Virus record (IMG/VR): IMGVR_UViG_3300045988_092011
Direction: 5' to 3' (one strand)
Origin: a virus
Taxonomy: Duplodnaviria; Heunggongvirae; Uroviricota; Caudoviricetes
DNA: 16,052 nt
Shown here: piece by piece, positions 1-8,004 of the stretch
Layout of the letters: each line of letters opens with the position of its first letter
How positions within the stretch are numbered: position 1 is the first letter of the stretch
The notes under the pieces: generated by a model
What the model was told of the DNA's origin: nothing
Database searches by the model: none
Seen by the model: the letters and a program-made list of their open reading frames with translations, nothing else
Translations under genes and position numbers: made by a program

Positions 1-19
1 AAGAAGGATTTTTGGCCTC

Positions 20-1102
20 TCATAGTCCAATACGGCGTAATGCGTTTCCCTCTGGGCAGGAGCTTAGCCAATCCAAGTTCTTGGGAACAAGGTCAGGGAT
101 TTCACGTAATGCAAGTGCTGCGCCAACAGCGAGAGATTCGAATCTAACTCGAGGTGTAGATTTTGCAGTAATAGTTTTCTTGAATCCTGCTGGGAAATAG
201 TTATCAACAAAAGATAGAACATTAGCAAACTCTTGTTTCATTGAGTTTTGTTTAGTTTCGTCTATATCTCGATTTTCTAACATATAGTCATTTAGAAAAT
301 CCCGTACGGAATGATCAAAGTTCTTGTACTTATCTAAGTAGGCAAAGAATCTTAATGTAAATTCTAACCGTTCATCTCGTTTTTCTTTAGTCTGAGATAA
401 AGGTGCTAATTCTTTAAATTTAGGTATTGTTGAGCATGGCTTAATAACCTGTGTATATAAATTTGTTGAACCAAGTTCTGATCCTTTACGGACTTCCATA
501 TCTTTCAATATATCGCTGCCAGAGTTAATACGTTCAAAAAGATCTCTACGGGTTTCTTCATTGCATTTAGAACTCAATTCTATAACGCGGACAGGAATTC
601 TCATGAAACGACGTTGACGTGATAATGGTAAATCTTGGAATTTGAAACCATTAAGGGCGTCTAAAGATTTCAGATCTTGTAAAACTAATTCATTTTGGAT
701 AAAAGCGTGTATAGTCCTAACTCGCTGTGAGCCATCAACAATCTCAATTCGCCCATCTAAATCGGGATCTTCGGAGAGAACATCTGCTGTAAATATATAT
801 GGTATAGGAAAACCCAAAATCAAAGACTCTATCAATCTTGATTGTCTTTTTTCACTCCAAACAAAATCCCTTTGATAATCAGGAACAAAGAGTTCGTTAG
901 TATCATCCTCTAATCCGCTATGATACTTATTAACTAATAACTCAACGGTAAATTCTTTGGTCTCAAAATCCACATCCTTTTGCTCAGCACGAATTTGCTC
1001 TTCAGCGTTTTGCTTTATCACCTCTAGCTGAGCAAGCAACTCTGCTCTTTTCTTGGCATTATCTTCATTTTCTAGTTGAGATTTTAAATCAATAATGTCC
1101 AT
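20..1102 (-). CDS. DUF262 / ParB-like nuclease-domain protein (GmrS-like N-terminal domain family); candidate anti-phage defence protein
   Basis: 366-aa ORF; start trimmed from TTG at 1120 to ATG at 1102 (MDIIDLK...), which is preceded by AGGGAG with a 6-nt spacer. Motifs PDYQRDFVW...LILGFPIPYIF...IVDGSQRVRTI match the DUF262 hallmark (QR..W and DGQQR-like). About 25-33% GC in the body versus 55-60% in the flanking phage genes. Sits in the old/tin slot beside cos. Confidence 0.75.
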   Translation of the reverse strand: MDIIDLKSQLENEDNAKKRAELLAQLEVIKQNAEEQIRAEQKDVDFETKEFTVELLVNKYHSGLEDDTNELFVPDYQRDFVWSEKRQSRLIESLILGFPIPYIFTADVLSEDPDLDGRIEIVDGSQRVRTIHAFIQNELVLQDLKSLDALNGFKFQDLPLSRQRRFMRIPVRVIELSSKCNEETRRDLFERINSGSDILKDMEVRKGSELGSTNLYTQVIKPCSTIPKFKELAPLSQTKEKRDERLEFTLRFFAYLDKYKNFDHSVRDFLNDYMLENRDIDETKQNSMKQEFANVLSFVDNYFPAGFKKTITAKSTPRVRFESLAVGAALALREIPDLVPKNLDWLSSCPEGNALRRIGL

Positions 1103-1287
1103 GTCTAGCTCCCTTAACAAGTGTTAAAAATTGAAGCGGATAGCATACCGCATAGATCATGAAAAATGCCATCATGTGCATGGATTTGCATGCGTCAGAA
1201 GTCGCTTTTATTGTTAGTTATCACTAGCGATGGTGTGCTCTTGGAGTGTTCATGCAACTGCATTAAAAACGCCCCATGAAGCGGGCG

Positions 1288-1306
1288 GGCGAGGCGGGGA
1301 AAGCAC
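1288..1306 (+). other. cos: cos site: P2-type 19-nt cohesive-end sequence GGCGAGGCGGGGAAAGCAC
   Basis: The exact 19-mer I recall as the P2 cohesive end is present in a GC-rich non-coding region, at the expected position beyond the 3' end of Q. Confidence 0.7.
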
Positions 1307-1448
1307 TGCGCGCTGGCGGTGGTGCTGATTTTATTTTTTCAGCGTCTCAGCGCGTCGTAATGGCGTTTAGATTGTGCGCCGAGGCGTTGGTGTGTCTGCG
1401 GGCTGTTTTGTGCGGTGGTGAGCGTGTGAGGGCATGATGACGGGGTGT

Positions 1449-1470
1449 AAAAAAGCCGCCCGCAGGCGGC
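1449..1470 (-). terminator. Rho-independent terminator of the P-Q late operon
   Basis: On the minus strand: 6-bp GC stem (1455-1460 with 1465-1470), 4-nt loop, then TTTTTT (plus-strand A-tract 1449-1454). The hairpin starts 5 nt after the Q stop codon. Confidence 0.6.
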
Positions 1471-1475
1471 GATGT

Positions 1476-2510
1476 TCAGCCGTTGTCAGTGTCCAGTGAG
1501 TAGTTTTTAAAGCGGATGACCTCCTGGCCGAGCCAGCCGTTTATTTCCCGAATCCTGTCCTGTAACGGGATTAGCTCATTGCGGACAAAGACCTTTGCCA
1601 CTTTCTCAATATCGCCCAGTGACCCGACGTTCTCCGGCTTGCCGCCCATCAACTGAAAGGGGATGCGGTGCGCGTCCAGCAGGTCAGCGGCGCTGGCTTT
1701 TTTGATATTAAAAAAATCGTCCTTCGTCGCCACTTCACTGAGGGGGATAATTTTAATGCCGTCGGCTTTCCCCTGCGGGGCATAGAGAAACAGATTTTTA
1801 AAGTTATTGCGGCCTTTCGACTTAACCATGTTTTCGCGAAGCATTTCGATATCGTTGCGATCCTGCACGGCATCGGTGACGTACATGATGTATCCGGCAT
1901 GTGCGCCGTTTTCGTAATACTTGCGGCGGAACAGCGTGGCCGACTCATTCAGCCAGGCAGAGTTAAGGGCGCTGAGATATTCCGGCAGGCCGTACAGCTC
2001 CTGATTGATATCCGGCTCCAGCAGGTGAAACACGGAGCCGGGCGCGAAGGCTGTCGGCTCGTTGAAGGACGGCACCCACCAGTAAACATCCTCCTCCATG
2101 CCACGGCGGGTATATTTTGCCGGCGAGGTTTCCAGCCTGATAACCTTACCGGTGGTGCTGTAACGCTTTTCCAGAAACGCATTACCGAACACCAGAAAAT
2201 CCAGCACAAAGCGGCTGAAATCCTGTTGAGAAAGCCACGGATGCGGGATAAATGTCGAGGCCAGAATATTGCGTTTAACGTAAATCGGTGAGCTGTGATG
2301 CACGGCAGCACGCAGGCTTTTCGCCAGACCGGTAAAGCTGACCGGTGGCTCATACCATCTGCCGTTACTGATGCATTCGACGTAATCCAGAATGTCACGG
2401 CGGTCGAGTACCGGCACCGGCTCACCAAAGGTGAATGCCTCCATTTTCGGGGCGCTGGCGGTCATTTTTTTTGCCGCAGGTTGCGGTGTTTTCCCTTTTT
2501 TCTTGCTCAT
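1476..2510 (-). CDS. Q: portal protein (P2 gpQ-like)
   Basis: 344 aa, N-terminus MSKKKGKTPQPAAKK; length and position match P2 Q. Its ATG overlaps the stop of P (ATGA). Confidence 0.93.
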   Translation of the reverse strand: MSKKKGKTPQPAAKKMTASAPKMEAFTFGEPVPVLDRRDILDYVECISNGRWYEPPVSFTGLAKSLRAAVHHSSPIYVKRNILASTFIPHPWLSQQDFSRFVLDFLVFGNAFLEKRYSTTGKVIRLETSPAKYTRRGMEEDVYWWVPSFNEPTAFAPGSVFHLLEPDINQELYGLPEYLSALNSAWLNESATLFRRKYYENGAHAGYIMYVTDAVQDRNDIEMLRENMVKSKGRNNFKNLFLYAPQGKADGIKIIPLSEVATKDDFFNIKKASAADLLDAHRIPFQLMGGKPENVGSLGDIEKVAKVFVRNELIPLQDRIREINGWLGQEVIRFKNYSLDTDNG

Positions 2511-4282
2511 CAGTAAAACTCCAGAATGGTGGATGTCAGCGGGGTGCTGATACCGGCGGTGAGTGGCTCATTTAACAGGGCGTGCATGGTCGCCCAGGCG
2601 AGGTCGGCGTGGCTGGCTTCCTCGCTGCGGCTGGCCTCATAGGTGGCACTGCGTCCGCTGCTGGTCATGGTCTTGCGGATAGCCATAAACGAGCTGGTGA
2701 TGTCGGTGGCGCTGACGTCATATTCCAGACAGCCACGGCGGATAACGTCTTTTGCCTTGAGCACCATTGCGGTTTTCATTTCCGGTGTGTAGCGGATATC
2801 GCGCGCGGCGGGATAGAACGAGCGCACGAGCTGGAACACGCCGACACCGAGGCCGGTGGCATCAATACCGATGTATTCGACGTTGTATTTTTCGGTGAGT
2901 TTGCGGATGGATTCCGCCTGAGTGGCAAAGTCCATGCCTTTCCACTGGTGACGCTCAAGTATTCTGAATTTGCCACCGGCCACCACCGGCGGTGCCAGCA
3001 CCACGCATCCGGCGCTGTCGCCACGGTGTGACGGGTCGTAACCAATCCATACCGGGCGGGAGCCGAACGGATTCGCGGCAAACGGCGCATAGTCTTCCCA
3101 TTCTTCCAGCGTGTCGACCATGCAGCGTTGCAGCTCCTCGAACGGGAATACCGACGCCTTGTCGTCAACAAATTCACACATGAACAGGTTTTTAAAATCG
3201 TCGGCGCTGTTTTCGCGTTTGAGCTGTTCAATGTCGAACAGCGTGCAGCCGCCTTTCAGGGCGTCCTCAATGGTGACAATCTGCCGCCACTGACCGTCCG
3301 CACAGAGAAGCCCACCGGAAAGGGCGTTATGACTGACGTCGATTTCCACGCGTTCGGCGGCGCTGGCGCGTCCCCGGTTGAACAGTTCACCGGACCAGAA
3401 CGGGTAGGCGTCGTGCGCCAGCGTGGACGGGGTGGAGAAATAGGTCGAGCGCAGGTGACTCTGTGAGGCCATACCTGATGCCACCTTACGCAGTACCTGA
3501 AAATTCGGGATCCAGAAAATCTCGTCGACGTACAGGTCGCCGTTATGGCTCTGCGCGGTGTTGGAGTTGGTGCCGAGAAAAATCAGTTTTGCGCCGTTAT
3601 TGCCCAGGACAATCGGGTCACCGGTCAGGTCAACGTCAACCAGCCGGGCAAAGGCGATGATGTATTCGCGGAACACATACGCCTGCGTTTTACTGGCCGA
3701 CAGAAAAATCTGGTTATGGCCGGTTTTCAGGGCGCGCAGCAGCGCTTCGCGGGAAAAATAAAACGTTGCGCCAATCTGGCGGGATTTCAGGATATCGCGG
3801 ATGCGGTGCTCAAGCCCGGCGCGATACCAGTGCAACTGATAGTCGAAAGACTGCTCAAAGAAAATCTGCTCCAGCTTTTCGATGGCCTCGTCACTGAAAA
3901 AATTCTTTTTCGGTTTGCGCCGCCCGTCTTTGTTGCGGTTAGCAACGTTCGGATTAAGGTCTGCCTCGTTGCCGGTCTGACTGTAACGGTTGACCCGTGC
4001 CAGTCGTTCAATCTGGCGTCCGAGCAGGTCAATTTCCTTGAAGTCACCGCCGGTTTTCTGCGGTTTGATGATGAGCTGGGTCAGTCGCGCTTCCAGACTC
4101 ATTTCGACACGGCTGATGGGGGCAACGCTGTCCCAGCCGTCGCGCTGTTTCCAGCTCTGCACCGTCGGGCGTTTCATCTGCAACATGGCGGCAATCTGCG
4201 GCACGGAAAACCCCTGCCAGTACAGCAGCGCCGCCTGACGACGCGGGTCGTGTAAAAGAGTGGTGTCTGTGGTGATGGTCAT
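2510..4282 (-). CDS. P: terminase large subunit / ATPase (P2 gpP-like)
   Basis: ORF track gives 600 aa; trimmed to the second ATG (MTITTDTTLLHDP...), preceded by GAGG, giving 590 aa, which matches my recollection of P2 P. Divergent from O. Confidence 0.9.
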   Translation of the reverse strand: MTITTDTTLLHDPRRQAALLYWQGFSVPQIAAMLQMKRPTVQSWKQRDGWDSVAPISRVEMSLEARLTQLIIKPQKTGGDFKEIDLLGRQIERLARVNRYSQTGNEADLNPNVANRNKDGRRKPKKNFFSDEAIEKLEQIFFEQSFDYQLHWYRAGLEHRIRDILKSRQIGATFYFSREALLRALKTGHNQIFLSASKTQAYVFREYIIAFARLVDVDLTGDPIVLGNNGAKLIFLGTNSNTAQSHNGDLYVDEIFWIPNFQVLRKVASGMASQSHLRSTYFSTPSTLAHDAYPFWSGELFNRGRASAAERVEIDVSHNALSGGLLCADGQWRQIVTIEDALKGGCTLFDIEQLKRENSADDFKNLFMCEFVDDKASVFPFEELQRCMVDTLEEWEDYAPFAANPFGSRPVWIGYDPSHRGDSAGCVVLAPPVVAGGKFRILERHQWKGMDFATQAESIRKLTEKYNVEYIGIDATGLGVGVFQLVRSFYPAARDIRYTPEMKTAMVLKAKDVIRRGCLEYDVSATDITSSFMAIRKTMTSSGRSATYEASRSEEASHADLAWATMHALLNEPLTAGISTPLTSTILEFY

Positions 4283-4455
4283 GAATACCTCGCCGTGATG
4301 AATACACGGCAAGGCTACTGAGTCGTGCCCTGCGATTCGCTAAGGTGCTGTTGTGTCAGTGATAAGCCATCCGGGACTGATGGCGGAGGATGCGCATCGT
4401 CGGGAAACTGATGCCGACATGTGACTCCTCTAATCACTATTCAGGACTCCTGACA
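4283..4455. promoter_or_regulatory. divergent P/O intergenic region, expected site of the late promoters for the P-Q and O-onward operons
   Basis: A 173-bp non-coding gap between divergently oriented P and O. In P2 this region carries Ogr-activated late promoters, but I found no exact TGT-N12-ACA element, so the assignment is positional only. Confidence 0.4.
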
Positions 4456-5310
4456 ATGGCAAAAAAAGCATCAAAATTCTTTCGTATCGGCGTTGAGGGT
4501 GACACCTGTGACGGGCGTGTCATCAGTGCGCAGGATATTCAGGAAATGGCCGAAACCTTTGACCCGCGAGTCTATGGTTGCCGCATTAACCTGGAACATC
4601 TGCGCGGCATCCTGCCTGACGGTATTTTTAAGCGTTATGGCGATGTGGTCGAACTGAAGGCCGAAAAGATTGACGATGATTCGGCGCTGAAAGGCAAATG
4701 GGCGCTGTTTGCGAAAATCACCCCGACCGATGACCTTATCGCGATGAACAAGGCCGCGCAGAAGGTCTATACCTCAATGGAAATTCAGCCGAACTTTGCC
4801 AATACCGGCAAATGTTATCTGGTGGGTCTGGCCGTCACCGATGACCCGGCAAGCCTCGGCACGGAATACCTGGAATTCTGCCGCACGGCAAAACACAACC
4901 CCCTGAACCGCTTCAAATTAAGCCCTGAAAACCTGATTTCAGTGGCAACGCCTGTTGAGCTGGAATTTGAAGACCTGCCTGAAACCGTGTTCACCGCCCT
5001 GACCGAAAAGGTGAAATCCATTTTTGGCCGCAAACAGGCCAGCGATGACGCCCGTCTGAATGACGTGCATGAAGCGGTGACCGCTGTCGCTGAACATGTG
5101 CAGGAAAAACTGAGCGCCACTGAGCAGCGCCTCGCTGAGATGGAAACTGCCTTTTCCGCTCTTAAGCAGGAGGTGACTGACAGGGCGGATGAAACCAGCC
5201 AGGCATTCACCCGCCTGAAAAACAGTCTCGACAGCACCGAAAGCCTGACCCAGCAGCGCCGCAGCAAGGCCACCGGCGGTGGCGGTGACGCCCTGATGAC
5301 GAACTGCTGA
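4456..5310 (+). CDS. O: capsid scaffolding protein (P2 gpO-like)
   Basis: ORF trimmed to ATG at 4456 (MAKKASKFFRIGVEGDTCDG...), giving 284 aa; AGGA lies 9 nt upstream. Matches P2 O in length and sequence. Confidence 0.9.
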   Translation: MAKKASKFFRIGVEGDTCDGRVISAQDIQEMAETFDPRVYGCRINLEHLRGILPDGIFKRYGDVVELKAEKIDDDSALKGKWALFAKITPTDDLIAMNKAAQKVYTSMEIQPNFANTGKCYLVGLAVTDDPASLGTEYLEFCRTAKHNPLNRFKLSPENLISVATPVELEFEDLPETVFTALTEKVKSIFGRKQASDDARLNDVHEAVTAVAEHVQEKLSATEQRLAEMETAFSALKQEVTDRADETSQAFTRLKNSLDSTESLTQQRRSKATGGGGDALMTNC

Positions 5311-5368
5311 CCGGCGTCAGCCAGTCCGGGCAAACCTTCACGATTAACCCTTAATTTCAGGAAAAACT

Positions 5369-6442
5369 ATGCGCCAGGAAACCCGCTTTAAATTTAATGC
5401 CTACCTGTCCCGTGTTGCCGAACTGAACGGCATCGACGCCGGTGATGTGTCGAAAAAATTCACCGTTGAACCGTCGGTCACCCAGACCCTGATGAACACC
5501 ATGCAGGAGTCCTCTGATTTTCTGACCCGCATCAACATTGTGCCGGTCAGCGAAATGAAAGGGGAAAAAATTGGTATTGGTGTCACCGGCTCCATCGCCA
5601 GCACCACCGACACCGCCGGTGGCACCGAGCGTCAGCCGAAGGACTTCTCGAAGCTGGCGTCAAACAAGTACGAATGCGACCAGATTAACTTCGATTTTTA
5701 TATCCGCTACAAAACGCTTGACCTGTGGGCGCGTTATCAGGATTTCCAGCTCCGTGTCCGTAACGCCATTATCAAACGCCAGTCCCTTGATTTAATCATG
5801 GCCGGTTTTAACGGCGTGAGGCGTGCCGAAACCTCTGACCGCAGCAGTAATCCGATGCTACAGGATGTGGCGGTCGGCTGGCTGCAGAAATACCGCAATG
5901 AAGCACCGGCGCGCGTGATGAGCAAGGTCACTGACGAGGAAGGGCACACCACCTCTGAGGTTATCCGCGTGGGTAAGGGCGGTGATTATGCCAGCCTTGA
6001 TGCACTGGTGATGGATGCGACCAACAACCTGATTGAGCCGTGGTATCAGGAAGACCCTGACCTTGTGGTGATTGTGGGGCGTCAGCTACTGGCGGACAAG
6101 TATTTCCCCATCGTTAACAAAGAGCAGGACAACAGCGAAATGCTGGCCGCTGACGTCATCATCAGCCAGAAACGCATCGGTAACCTGCCGGCGGTACGCG
6201 TCCCGTACTTCCCGGCGGATGCGATGCTCATCACGAAGCTGGAAAACCTGTCCATCTACTACATGGATGACAGCCATCGCCGCGTGATTGTGGAAAACCC
6301 GAAACTCGACCGCGTGGAGAACTACGAGTCAATGAACATTGATTACGTGGTGGAAGACTACGCCGCCGGTTGTCTGGTGGAAAAAATTAAGGTCGGTGAT
6401 TTCTCCACACCGGCTAAAGCGACCGCAGAGCCGGGAGCGTAA
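5369..6442 (+). CDS. N: major capsid protein (P2 gpN-like)
   Basis: 357 aa; AGGA 6 nt upstream of the ATG; position after O and length match P2 N. Confidence 0.93.
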   Translation: MRQETRFKFNAYLSRVAELNGIDAGDVSKKFTVEPSVTQTLMNTMQESSDFLTRINIVPVSEMKGEKIGIGVTGSIASTTDTAGGTERQPKDFSKLASNKYECDQINFDFYIRYKTLDLWARYQDFQLRVRNAIIKRQSLDLIMAGFNGVRRAETSDRSSNPMLQDVAVGWLQKYRNEAPARVMSKVTDEEGHTTSEVIRVGKGGDYASLDALVMDATNNLIEPWYQEDPDLVVIVGRQLLADKYFPIVNKEQDNSEMLAADVIISQKRIGNLPAVRVPYFPADAMLITKLENLSIYYMDDSHRRVIVENPKLDRVENYESMNIDYVVEDYAAGCLVEKIKVGDFSTPAKATAEPGA

Positions 6443-6445
6443 CTG

Positions 6446-7189
6446 ATGACGAGTCCCGCACAGCGCCACATGATGCGGGTCTCGGCAGCGATGGCCGCGC
6501 AGCGGGAAGCCGCCCCGCTGCGACATGCAACTGTCTATGAGCAGATGCTGGTTAAGCTCGCCGCAGACCAGCGCACACTGAAAGCAATTTATTCAAAAGA
6601 GCTGAAGGCCGCGAAAAAACGCGAACTGCTGCCGTTCTGGTTGCCGTGGGTGAACGGCGTGCTGGAGCAGGGCAAAGGTGCACAGGATGACATTCTGATG
6701 ACGGTCATGCTGTGGCGTCTGGATACCGGCGATATTGCCGGTGCGCTGGAGATTGCCCGTTATGCCCTGAAGTACGGTCTGACCATGCCGGGGAAACACC
6801 GCCGCACCCCGCCGTACATGTTCACCGAGGAGGTGGCGCTTGCGGCCATGCGCGCTCACGCTGCCGGTGAGTCTGTGGATACCCGCCTGCTGACGGACAC
6901 CCTCGAACTGACCGCCACGGCTGACATGCCTGATGAAGTGCGCGCAAAGCTGCACAAAATCACCGGTCTGTTTCTGCGTGACGGTGGTGATGCCGCCGGT
7001 GCGCTGGCACACCTGCAACGTGCGACACAGCTCGACTGTCAGGCAGGCGTCAAAAAAGAGATTGAACGACTGGAGCGGGAGCTGAAACCGAAGCCGGAGC
7101 CGCAGCCAAAAGCGGCCACCCGCGCCCCGCGTAAGACCCGGAGCGTGACACCGGCAAAACGTGGACGCCCGAAAAAGAAAGCCAGTTAA
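6446..7189 (+). CDS. M: terminase small (endonuclease) subunit (P2 gpM-like)
   Basis: 247 aa, starts MTSPAQRHMMRV, GGGAG 8 nt upstream; begins 4 nt after the N stop. Confidence 0.9.
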   Translation: MTSPAQRHMMRVSAAMAAQREAAPLRHATVYEQMLVKLAADQRTLKAIYSKELKAAKKRELLPFWLPWVNGVLEQGKGAQDDILMTVMLWRLDTGDIAGALEIARYALKYGLTMPGKHRRTPPYMFTEEVALAAMRAHAAGESVDTRLLTDTLELTATADMPDEVRAKLHKITGLFLRDGGDAAGALAHLQRATQLDCQAGVKKEIERLERELKPKPEPQPKAATRAPRKTRSVTPAKRGRPKKKAS

Positions 7190-7288
7190 CAACCGAATGC
7201 GCCCCGCGCCAGGGCGGCACGCCGGTCAGTGAGGGTGAATCACCTGACACTGCACCGGCGTCCACCGCCCGACTTTTCAGAGGTAGTC

Positions 7289-7798
7289 ATGATGACGCTG
7301 ATTATTCCGCGAAAGGAGGCTCCCGTGTCCGGTGAGGGTACGGTGGTCATCCCGCAACCGGCAGGCGACGAGCCGGTGATTAAAAACACGTTCTTTTTTC
7401 CCGATATCGACCCGAAGCGCGTCCGGGAACGTATGCGCCTTGAGCAGACCGTCGCCCCCGCCCGTCTGCGTGAGGCCATCAAGTCAGGCATGGCTGAAAC
7501 AAATGCGGAGCTGTACGAGTACCGCGAACAGAAAATTGCCGCCGGTTTTACGCGTCTGGCGGACGTTCCGGCGGACGACATCGACGGTGAAAGCATCAAA
7601 GTTTTTTACTACGAGCGCGCTGTGTGTGCGATGGCGACCGCGTCGCTTTATGAGCGTTACCGCGGCGTGGATGCCAGTGCCAAGGGCGACAAGAAGGCCG
7701 ACAGCATTGACAGCACCATTGATGAGCTGTGGCGGGATATGCGCTGGGCGGTGGCGCGCATCCAGGACAAGCCGCGCTGCATCGTGAGTCAAATCTGA
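7289..7798 (+). CDS. L: head completion/stabilisation protein (P2 gpL-like)
   Basis: ORF track starts at GTG 7229; trimmed to ATG 7289 (MMTLIIPRKEAP...), with GAGG 8 nt upstream, giving 169 aa as in P2 L. Confidence 0.88.
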   Translation: MMTLIIPRKEAPVSGEGTVVIPQPAGDEPVIKNTFFFPDIDPKRVRERMRLEQTVAPARLREAIKSGMAETNAELYEYREQKIAAGFTRLADVPADDIDGESIKVFYYERAVCAMATASLYERYRGVDASAKGDKKADSIDSTIDELWRDMRWAVARIQDKPRCIVSQI

Positions 7799-8001
7799 TG
7801 AAGACCTTTGCGCTACAGGGCGACACGCTCGACGCCATTTGTGTCCGGTATTACGGGCGCACTGAGGGCGTGGTTGAGACCGTGCTCGCCGCAAATCCGG
7901 GACTGGCTGAACTGGGTGCGGTGCTGCCACACGGCACCGCCGTCGAACTGCCCGACGTTCAGACCGCGCCCGTGGCTGAAACTGTCAATCTGTGGGAGTA
8001 A
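7798..8001 (+). CDS. X: tail protein X (P2 gpX-like)
   Basis: 67-aa product MKTFALQGDTLDAICVRYYGRTEG...; its ATG overlaps the L stop (TGATG). Falls below the ORF-track length cutoff as a stand-alone ORF, so it was recovered from inside the 7729..8001 ORF. Confidence 0.85.
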   Translation: MKTFALQGDTLDAICVRYYGRTEGVVETVLAANPGLAELGAVLPHGTAVELPDVQTAPVAETVNLWE

Positions 8002-8004
8002 CGC

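Noticed and set aside
12-200. 62-aa plus-strand ORF at the left edge
   Set aside because: Lies entirely antisense to the 3' end of the DUF262 gene, has no RBS, and its start codon is not an ATG in a plausible context; most likely a chance ORF.
20-500. HNH / DUF1524-type nuclease domain in the C-terminal half of the DUF262 protein (full-length GmrSD-like)
   Set aside because: The protein is only 360 aa and I cannot see a convincing H-N-H or DUF1524 signature in residues 200-360; a DH dipeptide at NFDHSV is too weak to call.
642-875. 77-aa plus-strand ORF inside the DUF262 gene
   Set aside because: Antisense to a well-supported CDS; chance open frame.
1649-2428. Several ORFs (99-207 aa) on both strands within Q
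   Set aside because: Alternative-frame and antisense ORFs inside a confidently assigned portal gene; typical artefacts of GC-rich coding DNA.
2582-4307. Multiple overlapping ORFs (up to 236 aa, e.g. 3545..4255 plus) within P
   Set aside because: All overlap the terminase large subunit gene in other frames or on the opposite strand, with no independent support.
4283-4455. Exact Ogr/Delta-type late-promoter element (TGT-N12-ACA) in the P/O divergent region
   Set aside because: Scanned by eye; no exact match found (nearest is TGT-N12-CAC at 4420-4437). The promoter call therefore rests on position only.
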